Assembly (NCBI GenBank): GCA_964016885.1
Contig: OZ024740.1
Span: 415,214,001 to 415,278,000, forward strand
DNA: 64,000 nucleotides
Direction of reading: 5' to 3'
From: Eledone cirrhosa
Lineage: Eukaryota
Shown here: one piece after another, positions 50,747 through 64,000 of the stretch
Position numbering within the stretch: the first letter of the stretch is position 1
How the letters are laid out: each line of letters opens with the position of its first letter
Made by a program: the position numbers and the translations under genes
Notes under the pieces: generated by a model
Database searches by the model: none
What the model was told of the DNA's origin: nothing
What the model saw: only the letters and a program-made list of their open reading frames with translations

Positions 50747-53700
50747 GTGTTAAGGATACGGGGAGAAATAAAAACAAAAATAAATAAGGAGAGGTAGATC
50801 GAGTAATATCAATTATACGAGGTGGGAGAGATAGGGGAGGGGTGAGATACAGGAGATAGAGTTAAAACAGCCGATACATAAGTCCCGTCAAGTGTAGAGG
50901 GAGGAGGGGAGGAGATATACTTAGAAATAAAAATGATAGTTTTCAAATATTATGTTTCATCAGTCTATCAATTCCTATGAATTATAATGTAAATATCAAT
51001 ATTCATGAATGAGACACATATCAATAATGTGTGAAAAAATAATGACTATATGTTTAGTTTAAAAATTCTTAGGTTTATAATCAAAATCTGAGATAAAACT
51101 TCAAAAAAAATACTGAAATACATAAGTATATATGTATTTTCATGAAAAAAGAGAAAAAGAAAAAAGAGAAAGAAAAAGAGAAGGTTATCTCAAATTGACA
51201 TTATAGACACATGTGAGTTTACGTGATCAGCTCTGTAAATTTTTATTTCATATGAAAATCTTCATTGCGTTAAAAAAGATTTTACCATACATATATGTAC
51301 ATACATATCATCATCATCATCATCATCAACGTTTAACGTCCGTGTTCCACGCTTGCATGGGTTTGGACGGGGGTAGTCCCACTTGAGGCAAGAGTGATTG
51401 TCTTGCTCGCATAGGACTGTCTGGCAGGTTTTCTACAGTTGGATGCCCTTCCTAACACCAACCACATTTACAGTGTGGGTCTGGGAGGTTTTTACCGTGT
51501 TGCCTACACGGCCACATTACAGCGTGGACTGTGTGTTTTTTTGTCGTGACACCTACACGATCTCATTTGTTTCGGCCTGGATGGCGCGGCACCAACATAA
51601 CTTTACATAGAACGGGGTGGTGAAGATGGGGTGGGGGTGGTGGCGGGACGGGGTGTATTTTGTTAGAGATGCCTACTGGCAAGGCGGGTCTTCTCTGTTA
51701 CTGAGTACTGCCAAAGGTCTCGGTCCAGTGACATTGTCTTGGAGAGGTGTAAGTGTGTGAGGTCGGAGTTTATCAGCTCATCCCAGGTTTTTCTAGGTCT
51801 GCCTATTCCGTGGCTACCGTCTATCTTTATTGCCCTGCACTTTGTTATACAGCTATCGACTTTCATGCGCATCACGTGTCCATACCAACGCAGCCTTCTC
51901 TCGAGTAAACAACATCTGATCCCTCTTATCTCTAATTTTTTCCTTAGTTCGTTTATGCTTTGCCGTTCACGTATATTACTGTTACACCTCCAGCGGAGCA
52001 TGCAAGCTTCGTTCCTCTCTAGTCTGCGTATATCCTCTGCACACAATGCCCAGGTCTCACTACCATGCAACATTGCTGTTCGTATGCAGGCATCGTACAA
52101 CCTGCCTTTCATTTTTAGCAGCTAATAGTGGTATAAGCTCTCTGAACTTTTTCCAACCAGTTCTGACTCTAGCTACAGTACTTTCAGAGCACCCTCCCCC
52201 ACTGCTGATTTTATCGCCCAGGTAACGGAAGCTGTCCACTATTTCTATAGAACCCTCTGCGCAATTGAAAGAGCTAGTATTTTGTGGGCACTTGCTGCTA
52301 CTTATTGCACCAGAACACCGGCCACATGTAAAATCTATGTTCTTAGTTAGCTTACCTGTGATCCCACTACATCTTTTATGCACCCATACTTTGCATTTAG
52401 GACATAAAATGGAGTTTCTACCTACGCCTTTCCTACACACCGAGCATGACCATTTCCCAGAAGGGACCGCCGCCTTGTTTTCTTTCCTACAAACTAGAAC
52501 TTTGGTCTTAGCCAGGTTAATTTTAAGTCCTTTTGACTCTAGGCCGTGCTTCCATGTTTGGAATTTCTTCTCTAGCTCGGCCATTGATTCCGCTATGAGT
52601 GTCAGGTCGTCTGCGTATAGGAGTTCCCATGGGCAGCCTGTCTTGAACTCCTCTGTTATAGCCTGAAGGGCAATAATAAATAGTAGGGGGCTGAGAACAG
52701 AGCCCTGATGGACGCCAACTTTTACGCTAAACTCTTCACTATATTCGTTGTTAATTCTAACCTTGCACATATATATATATATATACATAAAATATATATT
52801 ATTAATAATAATAATATTCTTGCCCTCTCTTACATGATTATCGTTCAAGCATAGAATAGAACAGATATCAATATATTAAAATATTAAAAACGCCAAGAAT
52901 ATTTCACTCCCCAGAATATCTAGGGTGATAATAAAACACAGTGTGTCCCGCATATCAATCAATCCTTCCAATAAAATTAACCTACTCGTCCACCAAAAAT
53001 TTAGCACAAAATATTAATAGAATAAATAATAGGAATCTAAAACCTAGCCAAAATACCGATAATAGCATAAACAATATTCAAGTAAACAACTGTAACTGTA
53101 GAGATAGATCTAAATGCCCGTTAAATAACAATTGCTTAGTTAAAAATATAATATACAACTGTAATGTTAAAACTGACTTAAATTCTTTTAATTATTTGGT
53201 TCCACCTCGACAGAATTTAAACTTCGCTATAATAATCACAAGTATTCTTTCACGGATCCAAACAAAAAATCTTCAACATCACTATCAAGCTTACTCTGGC
53301 AACTTAAACATGATAACGTTGGATATTCGATGGTTTGGAATATAGTCTCAAGAGGGATTCCTTTCAACTCCTCCTCTGAGACATGTGACCTCTGCGCGGA
53401 GGAGATATTCTTTATACTAAAATCTAAAAATTCCCTTAATTTACGGACTAATTTATTCAGTTGCTGCAGACATAGATTGAACTCAACTTTTAAATATAAA
53501 TATAAATTTAAAATGTAGTATATTTACTTAAGACTTTTAATTATTTTAGAAAACTTGGCGATAAATCTTTCGATTCCTTCAATTCTTTAAACCTTCTTCA
53601 TGATTATATAATTAATAATGTAATTAAACTACCTTAAAATTGTGATGCTCCCAATCTATTGAATAAAATTTTTAAGCTAGATAAACTTCTATAATAAATA

Positions 53701-54602
53701 TAAGAGCATCTGTAGAACAACCGGGTATCCTAAAGTTTTTTTGAAAGATTTCTGCTAAATAAGTTTGGTGAATAATTTTGGTTTTGTTTGCTTTTGATTC
53801 TGATTGCTTCTAATGAACTTGGCAATATATTGTCAAATAAATTGGAAGGATTGATTGATATGCGGGACACACTGTGTTTTATTACCGCCCTAGATATTCT
53901 GGGGAGTGAAATATTCTTGGTGTTTTTAATATTTTAATATATTGATATCTGTTCTATTCTATGCTTGAACGATAATCATGTAAGAGAGGGCAAGAATATT
54001 ATTATTATTAATAATGTATATTTTATGTATATATATATATATATGTATGTACATATATGTATGGTAAAATCTTTTTTAACGCAATGAAGATTTTCATGTG
54101 AAATAAAAATTTACAGAGCTGATCACGTAAACACACATGTGTCTATAATGTCAATTTGAGATAACCTTCTCTTTTTCTTTCTCTTTTTTCTTTTTCTCTT
54201 TTTTCATGAAAATACATATATACTTATGTATTTCAGTATTTTTTTTGAAGTTTTATCTCAGATTTTGATTATAAACCTAAGAATTTTTAAACTAAACATA
54301 TAGTCATTATTTTTTCACACATTATTGATATGTGTCTCATTCATGAATATTGATATTTACATTATAATTCATAGGAATTGATAGACTGATGAAACATAAT
54401 ATTTGAAAACTATCATTTTTATTTCTAAGTATATCTCCTCCCCTCCTCCCTCTACACTTGACGGGACTTATGTATCGGCTGTTTTAACTCTATCTCCTGT
54501 ATCTCACCCCTCCCCTATCTCTCCCACCTCGTATAATTGATATTACTCGATCTACCTCTCCTTATTTATTTTTGTTTTTATTTCTCCCCGTATCCTTAAC
54601 AC

Positions 54603-54639
<37 letters not shown>

Positions 54640-55007
54640 ACAGTACCCCCTTCCCTCATAAATCTCTCATTTGGTGTTTTTCTCTTTACATACATTTCTT
54701 CATCTTCTTCACCTTCCGCTCTTTCTTTTTCTTTTTTTCTTCCTTCTTTTTCTTTTTTCTTTTTTTTTTTTTTCTCCGTTTTTTCTCCGTCTTTCTTTCT
54801 AACTGTCCTTAACATTTTCACTACCATAACAACTTTTTAAATGGAAGTTGTAAAATTTTTTAAGGTATGTCAAATTTATTTATAAAACTGTTTATATATT
54901 GTATTTTGTCTGAAGAGGGCATACCATATTTTTAATATGATATCCCTGAAATATATATAATGAAATAAATATGGTTTTATAAATGTAGTTTCCATTTGTT
55001 TAATATC

Positions 55008-55010
<3 letters not shown>
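50338..55010 (+). mobile_element. 5'-truncated Naiad-type Penelope with inverted pseudo-LTR
   Basis: GIY-YIG fragment 52970-53518 (CNCRDRSKC, IIYNC, CDLC); right arm 53840-55010 is inverted at 50338-51308 plus 52769-52972. Confidence 0.8.
51309..52768 (-). mobile_element. 5'-truncated RTE LINE nested in the left inverted arm
   Basis: GVHQGSVLSPLLF, LLYADD, PHD-like insert and (GAT)n tail; related to the element at 1-1302. Confidence 0.92.
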
Positions 55011-55047
<37 letters not shown>

Positions 55048-55048
55048 A

Positions 55049-56191
55049 AATAAATGCTCTGAAATAGCGATATATATGTGAATATAGACATAGAATATTC
55101 GAAAATATTCTGTATGTTTATAATAAACATTTTGAAGACCTAATCGCTATAGAATAGAATACGTCACGTATTACAATTAGATTCTCGATAAAAGCAAGGG
55201 AAGTAATCTACGCGTTTCATTCTTGTTAGAAATCATCAGGACTACATATCCAGTGCTTTTATCGAGAATGACACAGCTAGAGACTTATAGAATACTTAGC
55301 TGTGTACAGGAACTGGTTTGAAAGAGCGGTTGCCGGTCCGGCAGAAATTAGAAATTGGAATAAATGCTCTGAAATAGCGATATATATGTGAATATAGACA
55401 TAGAATATTCGAAAATATTCTGTATGTTTATAATAAACATTTTGAAGACCTAATCGCTATAGAATAGAATACGTCACGTATTACAATTAGATTCTCGATA
55501 AAAGCAAGGGAAGTAATCTACGCGTTTCATTCTTGTTAGAAATCATCAGGACTACATATCCAGTGCTTTTATCGAGAATGACACAGCTAGAGACTTATAG
55601 AATACTTAGCTGTGTACAGGAACTGGTTTGAAAGAGCGGTTGCCGGTCCGGCAGAAATTAGAAATTGGAATAAATGCTCTGAAATAGCGATATATATGTG
55701 AATATAGACATAGAATATTCGAAAATATTCTGTATGTTTATAATAAACATTTTAAAGACCTAATCGCTATAGAATAGAATACGTCACGTATTACAATTAG
55801 ATTCTCGATAAAAGCAAGGGAAGTAATCTACGCGTTTCATTCTTGTTAGAAATCATCAGGACTACATATCCAGTGCTTTTATCGAGAATGACACAGCTAG
55901 AGACTTATAGAATACTTAGCTGTGTACAGGAACTGGTTTGAAAGAGCGGTTGCCGGTCCGGCAGAAATTAGAAATTGGAATAAATGCTCTGAAATAGCGA
56001 TATATATGTGAATATAGACATAGAATATTCGAAAATATTCTGTATGTTTATAATAAACATTTTGAAGACCTAATCGCTATAGAATAGAATACGTCACGTA
56101 TTACAATTAGATTCTCGATAAAAGCAAGGGAAGTAATCTACGCGTTTCATTCTTGTTAGAAATCATCAGGACTACATATCCAGTGCTTTTA

Positions 56192-56192
<1 letters not shown>
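55049..56192 (-). repeat. 310-bp tandem array, left arm (3.7 units), four hammerhead motifs on -
   Basis: Period 310 (55081, 55391, 55701, 56011); hammerhead motifs at 55203-55245, 55513-55555, 55823-55865 and 56133-56175. Confidence 0.93.
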
Positions 56193-56237
<45 letters not shown>

Positions 56238-56244
56238 TACATAT

Positions 56245-56279
<35 letters not shown>

Positions 56280-56280
56280 C

Positions 56281-56439
<159 letters not shown>

Positions 56440-56444
56440 CATAT

Positions 56445-57877
56445 ATAAAAGCACTGGATATGTAGTCCTGATGATTTCTAACAAGAATGAAACGCGTAGA
56501 TTACTTCCCTTGCTTTTATCGAGAATCTAATTGTAATACGTGACGTATTCTATTCTATAGCGATTAGGTCTTCAAAATGTTTATTATAAACATACAGAAT
56601 ATTTTCGAATATTCTATGTCTATATTCACATATATATCGCTATTTCAGAGCATTTATTCCAATTTCTAATTTCTGCCGGACCGGCAACCGCTCTTTCAAA
56701 CCAGTTCCTGTACACAGCTAAGTATTCTATAAGTCTCTAGCTGTGTCATTCTCGATAAAAGCACTGGATATGTAGTCCTGATGATTTCTAACAAGAATGA
56801 AACGCGTAGATTACTTCCCTTGCTTTTATCGAGAATCTAATTGTAATACGTGACGTATTCTATTCTATAGCGATTAGGTCTTCAAAATGTTTATTATAAA
56901 CATACAGAATATTTTCGAATATTCTATGTCTATATTCACATATATATCGCTATTTCAGAGCATTTATTCCAATTTCTAATTTCTGCCGGACCGGCAACCG
57001 CTCTTTCAAACCAGTTCCTGTACACAGCTAAGTATTCTATAAGTCTCTAGCTGTGTCATTCTCGATAAAAGCACTGGATATGTAGTCCTGATGATTTCTA
57101 ACAAGAATGAAACGCGTAGATTACTTCCCTTGCTTTTATCGAGAATCTAATTGTAATACGTGACGTATTCTATTCTATAGCGATTAGGTCTTCAAAATGT
57201 TTATTATAAACATACAGAATATTTTCGAATATTCTATGTCTATATTCACATATATATCGCTATTTCAGAGCATTTATTCCAATTTCTAATTTCTGCCGGA
57301 CCGGCAACCGCTCTTTCAAACCAGTTCCTGTACACAGCTAAGTATTCTATAAGTCTCTAGCTGTGTCATTCTCGATAAAAGCACTGGATATGTAGTCCTG
57401 ATGATTTCTAACAAGAATGAAACGCGTAGATTACTTCCCTTGCTTTTATCGAGAATCTAATTGTAATACGTGACGTATTCTATTCTATAGCGATTAGGTC
57501 TTCAAAATGTTTATTATAAACATACAGAATATTTTCGAATATTCTATGTCTATATTCACATATATATCGCTATTTCAGAGCATTTATTCCAATTTCTAAT
57601 TTCTGCCGGACCGGCAACCGCTCTTTCAAACCAGTTCCTGTACACAGCTAAGTATTCTATAAGTCTCTAGCTGTGTCATTCTCGATAAAAGCACTGGATA
57701 TGTAGTCCTGATGATTTCTAACAAGAATGAAACGCGTAGATTACTTCCCTTGCTTTTATCGAGAATCTAATTGTAATACGTGACGTATTCTATTCTATAG
57801 CGATTAGGTCTTCAAAATGTTTATTATAAACATACAGAATATTTTCGAATATTCTATGTCTATATTCACATATATAT
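56445..57877 (+). repeat. 310-bp tandem array, right arm (4.6 units), five hammerhead motifs on +
   Basis: Reverse complement of the left arm; hammerhead motifs start at 56462, 56772, 57082, 57392 and 57702. Confidence 0.93.
56462..56504 (+). ncRNA. Minimal type I hammerhead ribozyme (representative copy)
   Basis: gtagtc-CTGATGA-t ttct aaca agaa t-GAA-a cgcg t-A-gattac: stem I gtagtc/gattac, stem II ttct/agaa, palindromic stem III acgcgt; predicted cleavage after 56498. Confidence 0.8.
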
Positions 57878-57922
57878 ATATATATATGAAAAGTGTAAGT
57901 TTCTACACAAAACGAAGGTTAT

Positions 57923-58876
57923 AGAGAAAATTGAGGTTGGTAATGGCACATGGAATATATAAGAGACAGAATACTTTTTGTGAAAAAACATATAATTTTA
58001 TAAGGTAAGGAAAGAATAAAGGGTATAAAAAATGACCGGTTTCGATGGGTCTGCAAAAGCCATCTTTTCAAATGTTGATTAATATTAAGAAAAATTAATA
58101 ATAAGAAGAGTTAAAATTTGAGATTTGAAAATTCAAGTATAAAATTCAGTGTGGGATTTCATAGTAGTTTTCATCTTGGTAGCAGCAAGTTGACTTCTGT
58201 GTGCCTTTCTGGTAGTGAATGAGGAGTTATTTGTGGGGAGTGTTTTTTTTTATAAAGGTCAGATTTAGCAATGGCCAGATGGCCAGCTGCTGGTCAGTGA
58301 AGGGGTGGAAGCAATATACATACATATATCTCCCTGTGGTCGGTAGGAGAGGGGAGAGTGATAGAAAGGGATTTAGTGCACTTACACCTATATATACACA
58401 CATACCCTCATCCACACACGCATACATCCCTTTCTATCACTCTCCCCTCTCCTACCGACCACAGGGAGATATATGTATGTATATTGCTTCCACCCCCTCA
58501 CTGACCAGCAGCTGGCCATCTGGCCATTGCTAAATCTGACCTTTATAAAAAAAAACACTCCCCACAAATAACTCCTCATTCACTACCTGAAAGGCACACA
58601 GCAGTCAACTTGCTGCTACCAAGATGAAAACTACTATGAAATCCCACACTGAATTTTATACTTGAATTTTCAAATCTCAAATTTTAACTCTTCTTATTAT
58701 TAATTTTTCTTAATATTAATCAACATTTGAAAAGATGGCTTTTGCAGACCCATCGAAACCGGTCATTTTTTATACCCTTTATTCTTTCCTTACCTTATAA
58801 AATTATATGTTTTTTCACAAAAAAGTATTCTGTCTCTTATATATTCCATGTGCCATTACCAACCTCAATTTTCTCT
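57923..58876. repeat. About 450-bp inverted repeat (57923-58372 / 58426-58876), Penelope pLTR-like
   Basis: Near-perfect reverse complement with a 53-bp spacer; degenerate hammerhead motif in each arm. Confidence 0.88.
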
Positions 58877-58884
58877 CTCTCTCT

Positions 58885-58886
58885 AG

Positions 58887-58918
<32 letters not shown>

Positions 58919-58975
58919 ATGTATGTGTATATATGTATGTGTGTATGTATGTACTTGTATGTGTATGTGTATGTG

Positions 58976-59018
<43 letters not shown>

Positions 59019-59520
59019 ATATATATATAGATATATGTATATGTGTATATGTATGTATATGTGTGTATGTGTCTGTATGTGTTTATGTGTACATATATGT
59101 ATGTATATATGTATGTATATATATATATATGTATATGTGTGTGTGTGTATGCCTCTCTCTCTATATATATGTATATATATGTATGTGTGTATGCATGTAT
59201 GTGTGAACGGAGGTATATATACGGACATATGTATGTGTGTGTGTACACGTGTGTGTATGTGTGCGTGTATGGGTATATATGTATATTTAGTTATGTATCT
59301 TTATGTGTGTATATGTATGTATATGTATGTATATATATATATATCCATGTGGAGGTATGAGTACATATTCGTGTGTGTACGTATGTGTATATGTGTTTTT
59401 ATATGTGTCTTTATATGTTTTTGTGTATGTATGGGTGTGTGATTGATGGTGTGTGCCTATATATTCCTACATATGCCCGTGTGTGTATGTACGTATATAC
59501 GCACATATGTGTGTGTTGAA
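58885..59520. repeat. (TA/TG)n low-complexity tract
   Basis: Direct inspection; similar tracts at 43895-44075, 45253-45313, 48830-49056, 50035-50250, 56193-56444, 60130-60212 (GA)n, 61790-61930 (GAT)n and 63588-63945. Confidence 0.95.
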
Positions 59521-60115
59521 CAAAGGACTAATTTTGGGATGGACGTAGAAAAATTCTTCAGAAAAAAATAATTGTTTACAAACTTGGCAGGTGCGATTTG
59601 CCTGTGACCATTCTCAACACAAAGGAATCCCCTGAATAAAGGAATTTTTCGAGAATGACCGGGGCAGGCCGCACTTGCTACATTTCTCCCCACCCAACCC
59701 TACTCACCGTCTCAACTCATTACTGCTATTAACACTTTTTCAACACACCTACACCCATACACTTATTAAAAGGGGGAGAAACCCCCCCCCCCCCACCACA
59801 CCACAGACATGTTAAATCCCTATATATAGAACAACACACCACATACACATCAGTTTGACAAGCGCACCTCAGCGTGAAAGGTCGTTCTAAAAACGAAACA
59901 ATAGCTCCTACGTTAACCAAGAGCTCCTAAGACCTAACTTAATTTATAAAATAATTTTTTTTAAGGAAAAAAAATTTTTTTATAATCCGGAAAAAAATTC
60001 TTTTTGGATTTTGTGAAGAAAATAAATTTGTTGAAAGCACAAGTGAAGCCATTTTTTCTCCCCCCACCCCTGTCTTAATATACCTAACTGTACCAAGGAT
60101 TACACACATTTTCCA

Positions 60116-60215
<100 letters not shown>

Positions 60216-60543
60216 TATGGTGCTGAGACCAAGGAGACCACTAATAATCGATTCATGGGGAGATGTAGTGTGGGTATAGAGATATACAGGTACTTTATTT
60301 TATTGACCCCATAAGGATAAAAGGCAAAGCTAACTTGATGGGATTTGAACTCAGAATGTAAAGGGACATAACTCTATGCCACAAGGCATGATTTCCAGTC
60401 TTCTACCGATACTGCGAATCCACAATGCTAATAATGAAAAAATAATAGTTATCGAAGTGGCTACACTCCGTCCTAATACACACAGAAAAGAAATTGATTA
60501 GATTTAAAAAATATACAATTGAAGTATCAAAGTAAATATTTAC

Positions 60544-60643
60544 CAAGCTAGATTCCTTAATGATTTCGGAACAGCTGCTCCATAAATTGCCAAATCTCCA
60601 TACAGATAAATAATTATGCAGATATAGAAAAATATTGTACCAA
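60544..60643 (-). CDS. TMEM104: TMEM104 coding exon
   Basis: GTIFFYICIIIYLYGDLAIYGAAVPKSL; canonical splice sites. Confidence 0.95.
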
Positions 60644-61122
60644 CTGAAATATAAAGAAATTATTGAAGAGTTCCATAAATAAACAGAAACAGAATATATA
60701 TTTCTTAAAATCTTTATCTTTGTATGAATTTATATTACTTTCGGATATCGAATAATCGCCCCTCACTCCACAGTTATTAATTTTTCAGATTTTTTCCACC
60801 CCTTCACCTGCCCTCTTATTAAATTTTGCTAATCTATCTCCAGCAAAATTTTATTCTAAGTGGCAGCATTCCTGCAACAATTAATTTTCTTTAGACATTA
60901 AAAAAACATTATACATGACAAAAAAAGTACATTACTAGAAATCTCATATGTCATAAAATAAATAGGATGGGTTGGGGTCTCAATATGTAAACTAAACGAC
61001 TAATTCTGGGTTTTAGAAATATCAACAGATACAACATAGGAAAATTGCTGATCCCTCCCCAAACACCCCAACCCCGCTTATTCCAACCCTCCCTATTATT
61101 TGGGACCTGAGAGTATATAGTC

Positions 61123-61410
61123 TAATCTGTCAGATGGTCATGTTGGTGACACAGCAAAAAGTGCCCAGTCCAATCTGTCAGATGGTCATGTTGGTGACAC
61201 AGCAAAAAGTGCCCAGTCCAATCTGTCAGATGGTCATGTTGGTGACACAGCAAAAAGTGCCCAGTCCAATCTGTCAGATGGTCGTGATAGTGACATGACA
61301 AAAAGCACCCAATAGACATTGTAAAGTGGCCATATTGGTGACATGACAAAAAGCATCAAATAGACACTGTAAAGTGGTTATGTTGGTGACATGACAAAAA
61401 GCACCCAGTT
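61123..61410 (+). repeat. 48-bp tandem repeat derived from the RTE 3' UTR repeat unit
   Basis: ccaatctgtcagatggtcatgttggtgacacagcaaaaagtgcccagt x3, plus three diverged units. Confidence 0.85.
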
Positions 61411-61954
61411 CACCCAAGTTACAGATATGTTATTTTACAAAGCTGTTTATAGAAAAACAAAACACAACTACTAAAGGGAACAAAAGATGGCAGGAGACCC
61501 AGAAGTAGACCCCCAAGGAGGATGGTTGGATAAAATCTTTGAGCTTGGCTGGTTTCACTTGGAGATCCAGCCGGATCAGTTGGAGACAGTTGTTTCTGAC
61601 AGGACCTGCTGGAAGGAGTGTCTGAGGACTTGTCCTCCACCACATCCTCTCAGGAATAAGTGGGAGAAGAAGAAGGAGAGGTGGTCTCAGGTTGGTATTG
61701 AAAGGGTTACAAATGCAAGTGTGGAAAAATGGACGTTAAACAGTGGTGATAATAATGGGGAGGGGGGTTGTGGTGGGGTGGGGGTGGGGGTGATAATGGT
61801 GGTGGTGGTGATGATGGTGATGATGATGATAATGATGGTGATGATGATGATAGTGATGATGATGGTGATGATGATGATGATGGGGATGATGATGATGGTG
61901 ATGGTAATGACGGTGATGGTGATAATAATGAAAGAGTAAACTAGAAATATTTAC

Positions 61955-61985
61955 CTTTGTTGAAGAACATTGATGCCATGTGACC
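61955..61985 (-). CDS. TMEM104: TMEM104 31-nt coding exon (upstream exons lie outside the window)
   Basis: GHMASMFFNK matches GQMASMFFNK; acceptor ttctctcaccag, donor gtaaat; phase fits the next exon. Confidence 0.82.
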
Positions 61986-62149
61986 CTGGTGAGAGAAAGG
62001 TGTGGTTATATTAGAATAAATAGTAAAGTTCTTTCCCACAGTTAGGTATTTCTACCTATTATGATGTCACACCTTCTGAGAAAGTGTGTGGCTGATACTT
62101 TAATAAAGTTAACTGAAGTAATTAAGGAAAGTATATTACTTATTTATTA

Positions 62150-62857
62150 CAGCAGGGATTTGCATTGGATGAAGCACATCTCTAAAATTGTCAAGAAGGC
62201 CGAGGGTGTCTTAGCATCACTCAGCAAGACCTTTGTTAGCCGCTCTCCAGCTATCTATTTAAAGCTGTATATAGCTATGGTGTGGCCACACTTAGAATTT
62301 GCATCACCAGTCTGGAACCCTTATCTTGCTCAGAACATTGACCCCCCCTGGAAACTGTTCAGAGACGTGCAACCTAGCGAATACCCTCCATCAGGCATCT
62401 ACCATACTCTGAACGCCTTGCTTCCCTGGGCATGGATACATTGAAGCTCAGACGCTTGGCAACTGACTTCGTAAGCACCCACAAAATTATTAACCATCTT
62501 GCCAGACCATGTGTCAAACACACGTGGGCATGCCCACAAAGTCAGAAAACAGCACAGCTCCCATGACTTTCGGAAACATTTTTTCACGCTCAGAGTTGCT
62601 GAAGTATGGAACAAACTACCTGCATCAGTTGTTAACTGTTGAGACACTGCATCCTTTAAAACCTCCATGCTTCCTGAGATTCACCAACACTACACCTAAT
62701 ATTCCCCCTCCATATACATGCACACATGTATATCATGACTCACACACTATTCACTTCCCTGACATTTGTATATTATTCTATGTACTATATATGCACCTTT
62801 GATGAGTTGTAGTGCACCTGAGCACTGTACATAATAATTTCCTTATTATTATTATTA
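62150..62857 (+). mobile_element. CR1/L2-group LINE 3' fragment
   Basis: KLYIAMVWPHLEFASPVWNPY and FSRSEL-like tail ending (ATT)n; tail copies at 13918-14110, 24800-24945, 25105-25230, 27675-27795 and 42510-42960. Confidence 0.82.
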
Positions 62858-63311
62858 TGGTCTTAATGAAGCTGAGATTTGGATTAAAAATTAACCCTTT
62901 TGTTACCAACCTGGCCAGTTAAGATACAAAGCTTTGTTTATATCACTAAAGTTGAACAGATAAGTTTAGAATTAGACGGGTAATCAATGAGAGGAGTTTG
63001 AAACTATATTGTAATGAAGGAGAGGATTGAAAATAAACACTCATCATCATCATCATCATCACCGTTTTACGTCCGTACTTCCACGCTAGCATGGGTTAGA
63101 CGGGTTGTCCTGTTGGGGGCAGTGTCTGGTCGGCTGACCTTGTCTTGCTCATACGGGAACTGATCTGGCTTGATTTCTACAGCTGGATGCCCTTCCTAAC
63201 ACCAACCTTATTTACAGTGAGTGCTGGGTGCTTTTTTGCCATGGTGCCTCCACGACCACTTTGCAGTGGGAGAGGGTGGGTGCATATTGTCAGCACACTG
63301 TGTCACATTAA

Positions 63312-63540
63312 CCCTTTAGTTACCAACCCAGCCAAAACCTGCTCTGGTTCTATGAAATAAAGTCAACCATTTTAAAGTTTTCCAATTTAAATTAAAATGT
63401 CCCACCATAATTTTATATAAAAACCTTACATTAAATTACTGTCTTAGTAATGAAATAATTAATAATTTTAGTAAATCCTGCAAAATTCTTCTTTAATTAA
63501 AATAGAGTGTAGTTCATTAGAAATGTGGTCATTAAAGGAT
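63312..63540. mobile_element. Second TTAA-CCC MITE family, uninterrupted copy
   Basis: Reverse complement matches the sequences on both sides of the Mag-like element (about 14990-15070 and 19923-20050). Confidence 0.7.
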
Positions 63541-64000
63541 TAAGGAAATTCATAATGAAAGATGGGGAGGGGAGAGAATATTGGTGCATACACACACACA
63601 CACACACAAACACACATACACACACACACACAAACACACACACACAAACACACATACAAACACACACACAAACACATACACACACAAATACACACACACA
63701 AACAAACACACACAAACACACGTACACAAACACACACACACACACCCATGCGCACACAAACACACACACACACATGTGCACACAAACACACAAAAACACA
63801 CATGCACACAAACACACATACACACACACACACACACAGACACACACACACACACACAAATGCACATACACACAAACACACACACTCACACAAACACACA
63901 CACAGACAAACACACACACTGACAGACAAAAACATACACATACACCATACATATGTGCATATTTCAAAATTATTAGTAAAAACTATTAGAGCTGAAAAGA

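Noticed and set aside
50950-50975. Hammerhead at ctgatgaaac in the inverted arms
   Set aside because: No stem II between CTGATGA and GAAA
52970-53518. Selenocysteine-type Naiad
   Set aside because: Conserved Cys positions are normal Cys codons in both Naiad copies; no SECIS recognised

Overview
Repeat-rich eukaryotic DNA, probably molluscan or cephalopod (inferred from Nin-domain tRNA-SINEs, RTE/CR1 LINEs, Penelope elements and long AT/AC microsatellites). It holds two convergent intron-rich host genes: PIGC on + (six coding exons at 14208-25472; the N-terminal exon was not found) and the 3' part of TMEM104 on - (five exons at 38534-61985). Introns and intergenic DNA contain three Gypsy LTR retrotransposons (an intact CsRn1-type, a decayed Mag-like and a decayed 5-bp-TSD element), a Merlin/IS1595-type DNA transposon, Naiad- and Neptune-type Penelope-like elements, RTE/CR1 fragments, TTAA-flanked MITEs and SINEs. 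The most striking structure lies in a 17-kb TMEM104 intron: a palindromic array of near-identical 310-bp non-coding units with nine minimal type I hammerhead ribozyme motifs, a retrozyme-like candidate source of circular RNA. It is flanked by further Penelope-type inverted repeats. Other notable observations are a histone-type 3' stem-loop in the Merlin terminal region, a Neptune element with a likely -1 frameshift between an upstream ORF and RT, and duplicated LTR/PBS junctions. All coordinates were read by eye; no alignments, folding or searches were run.
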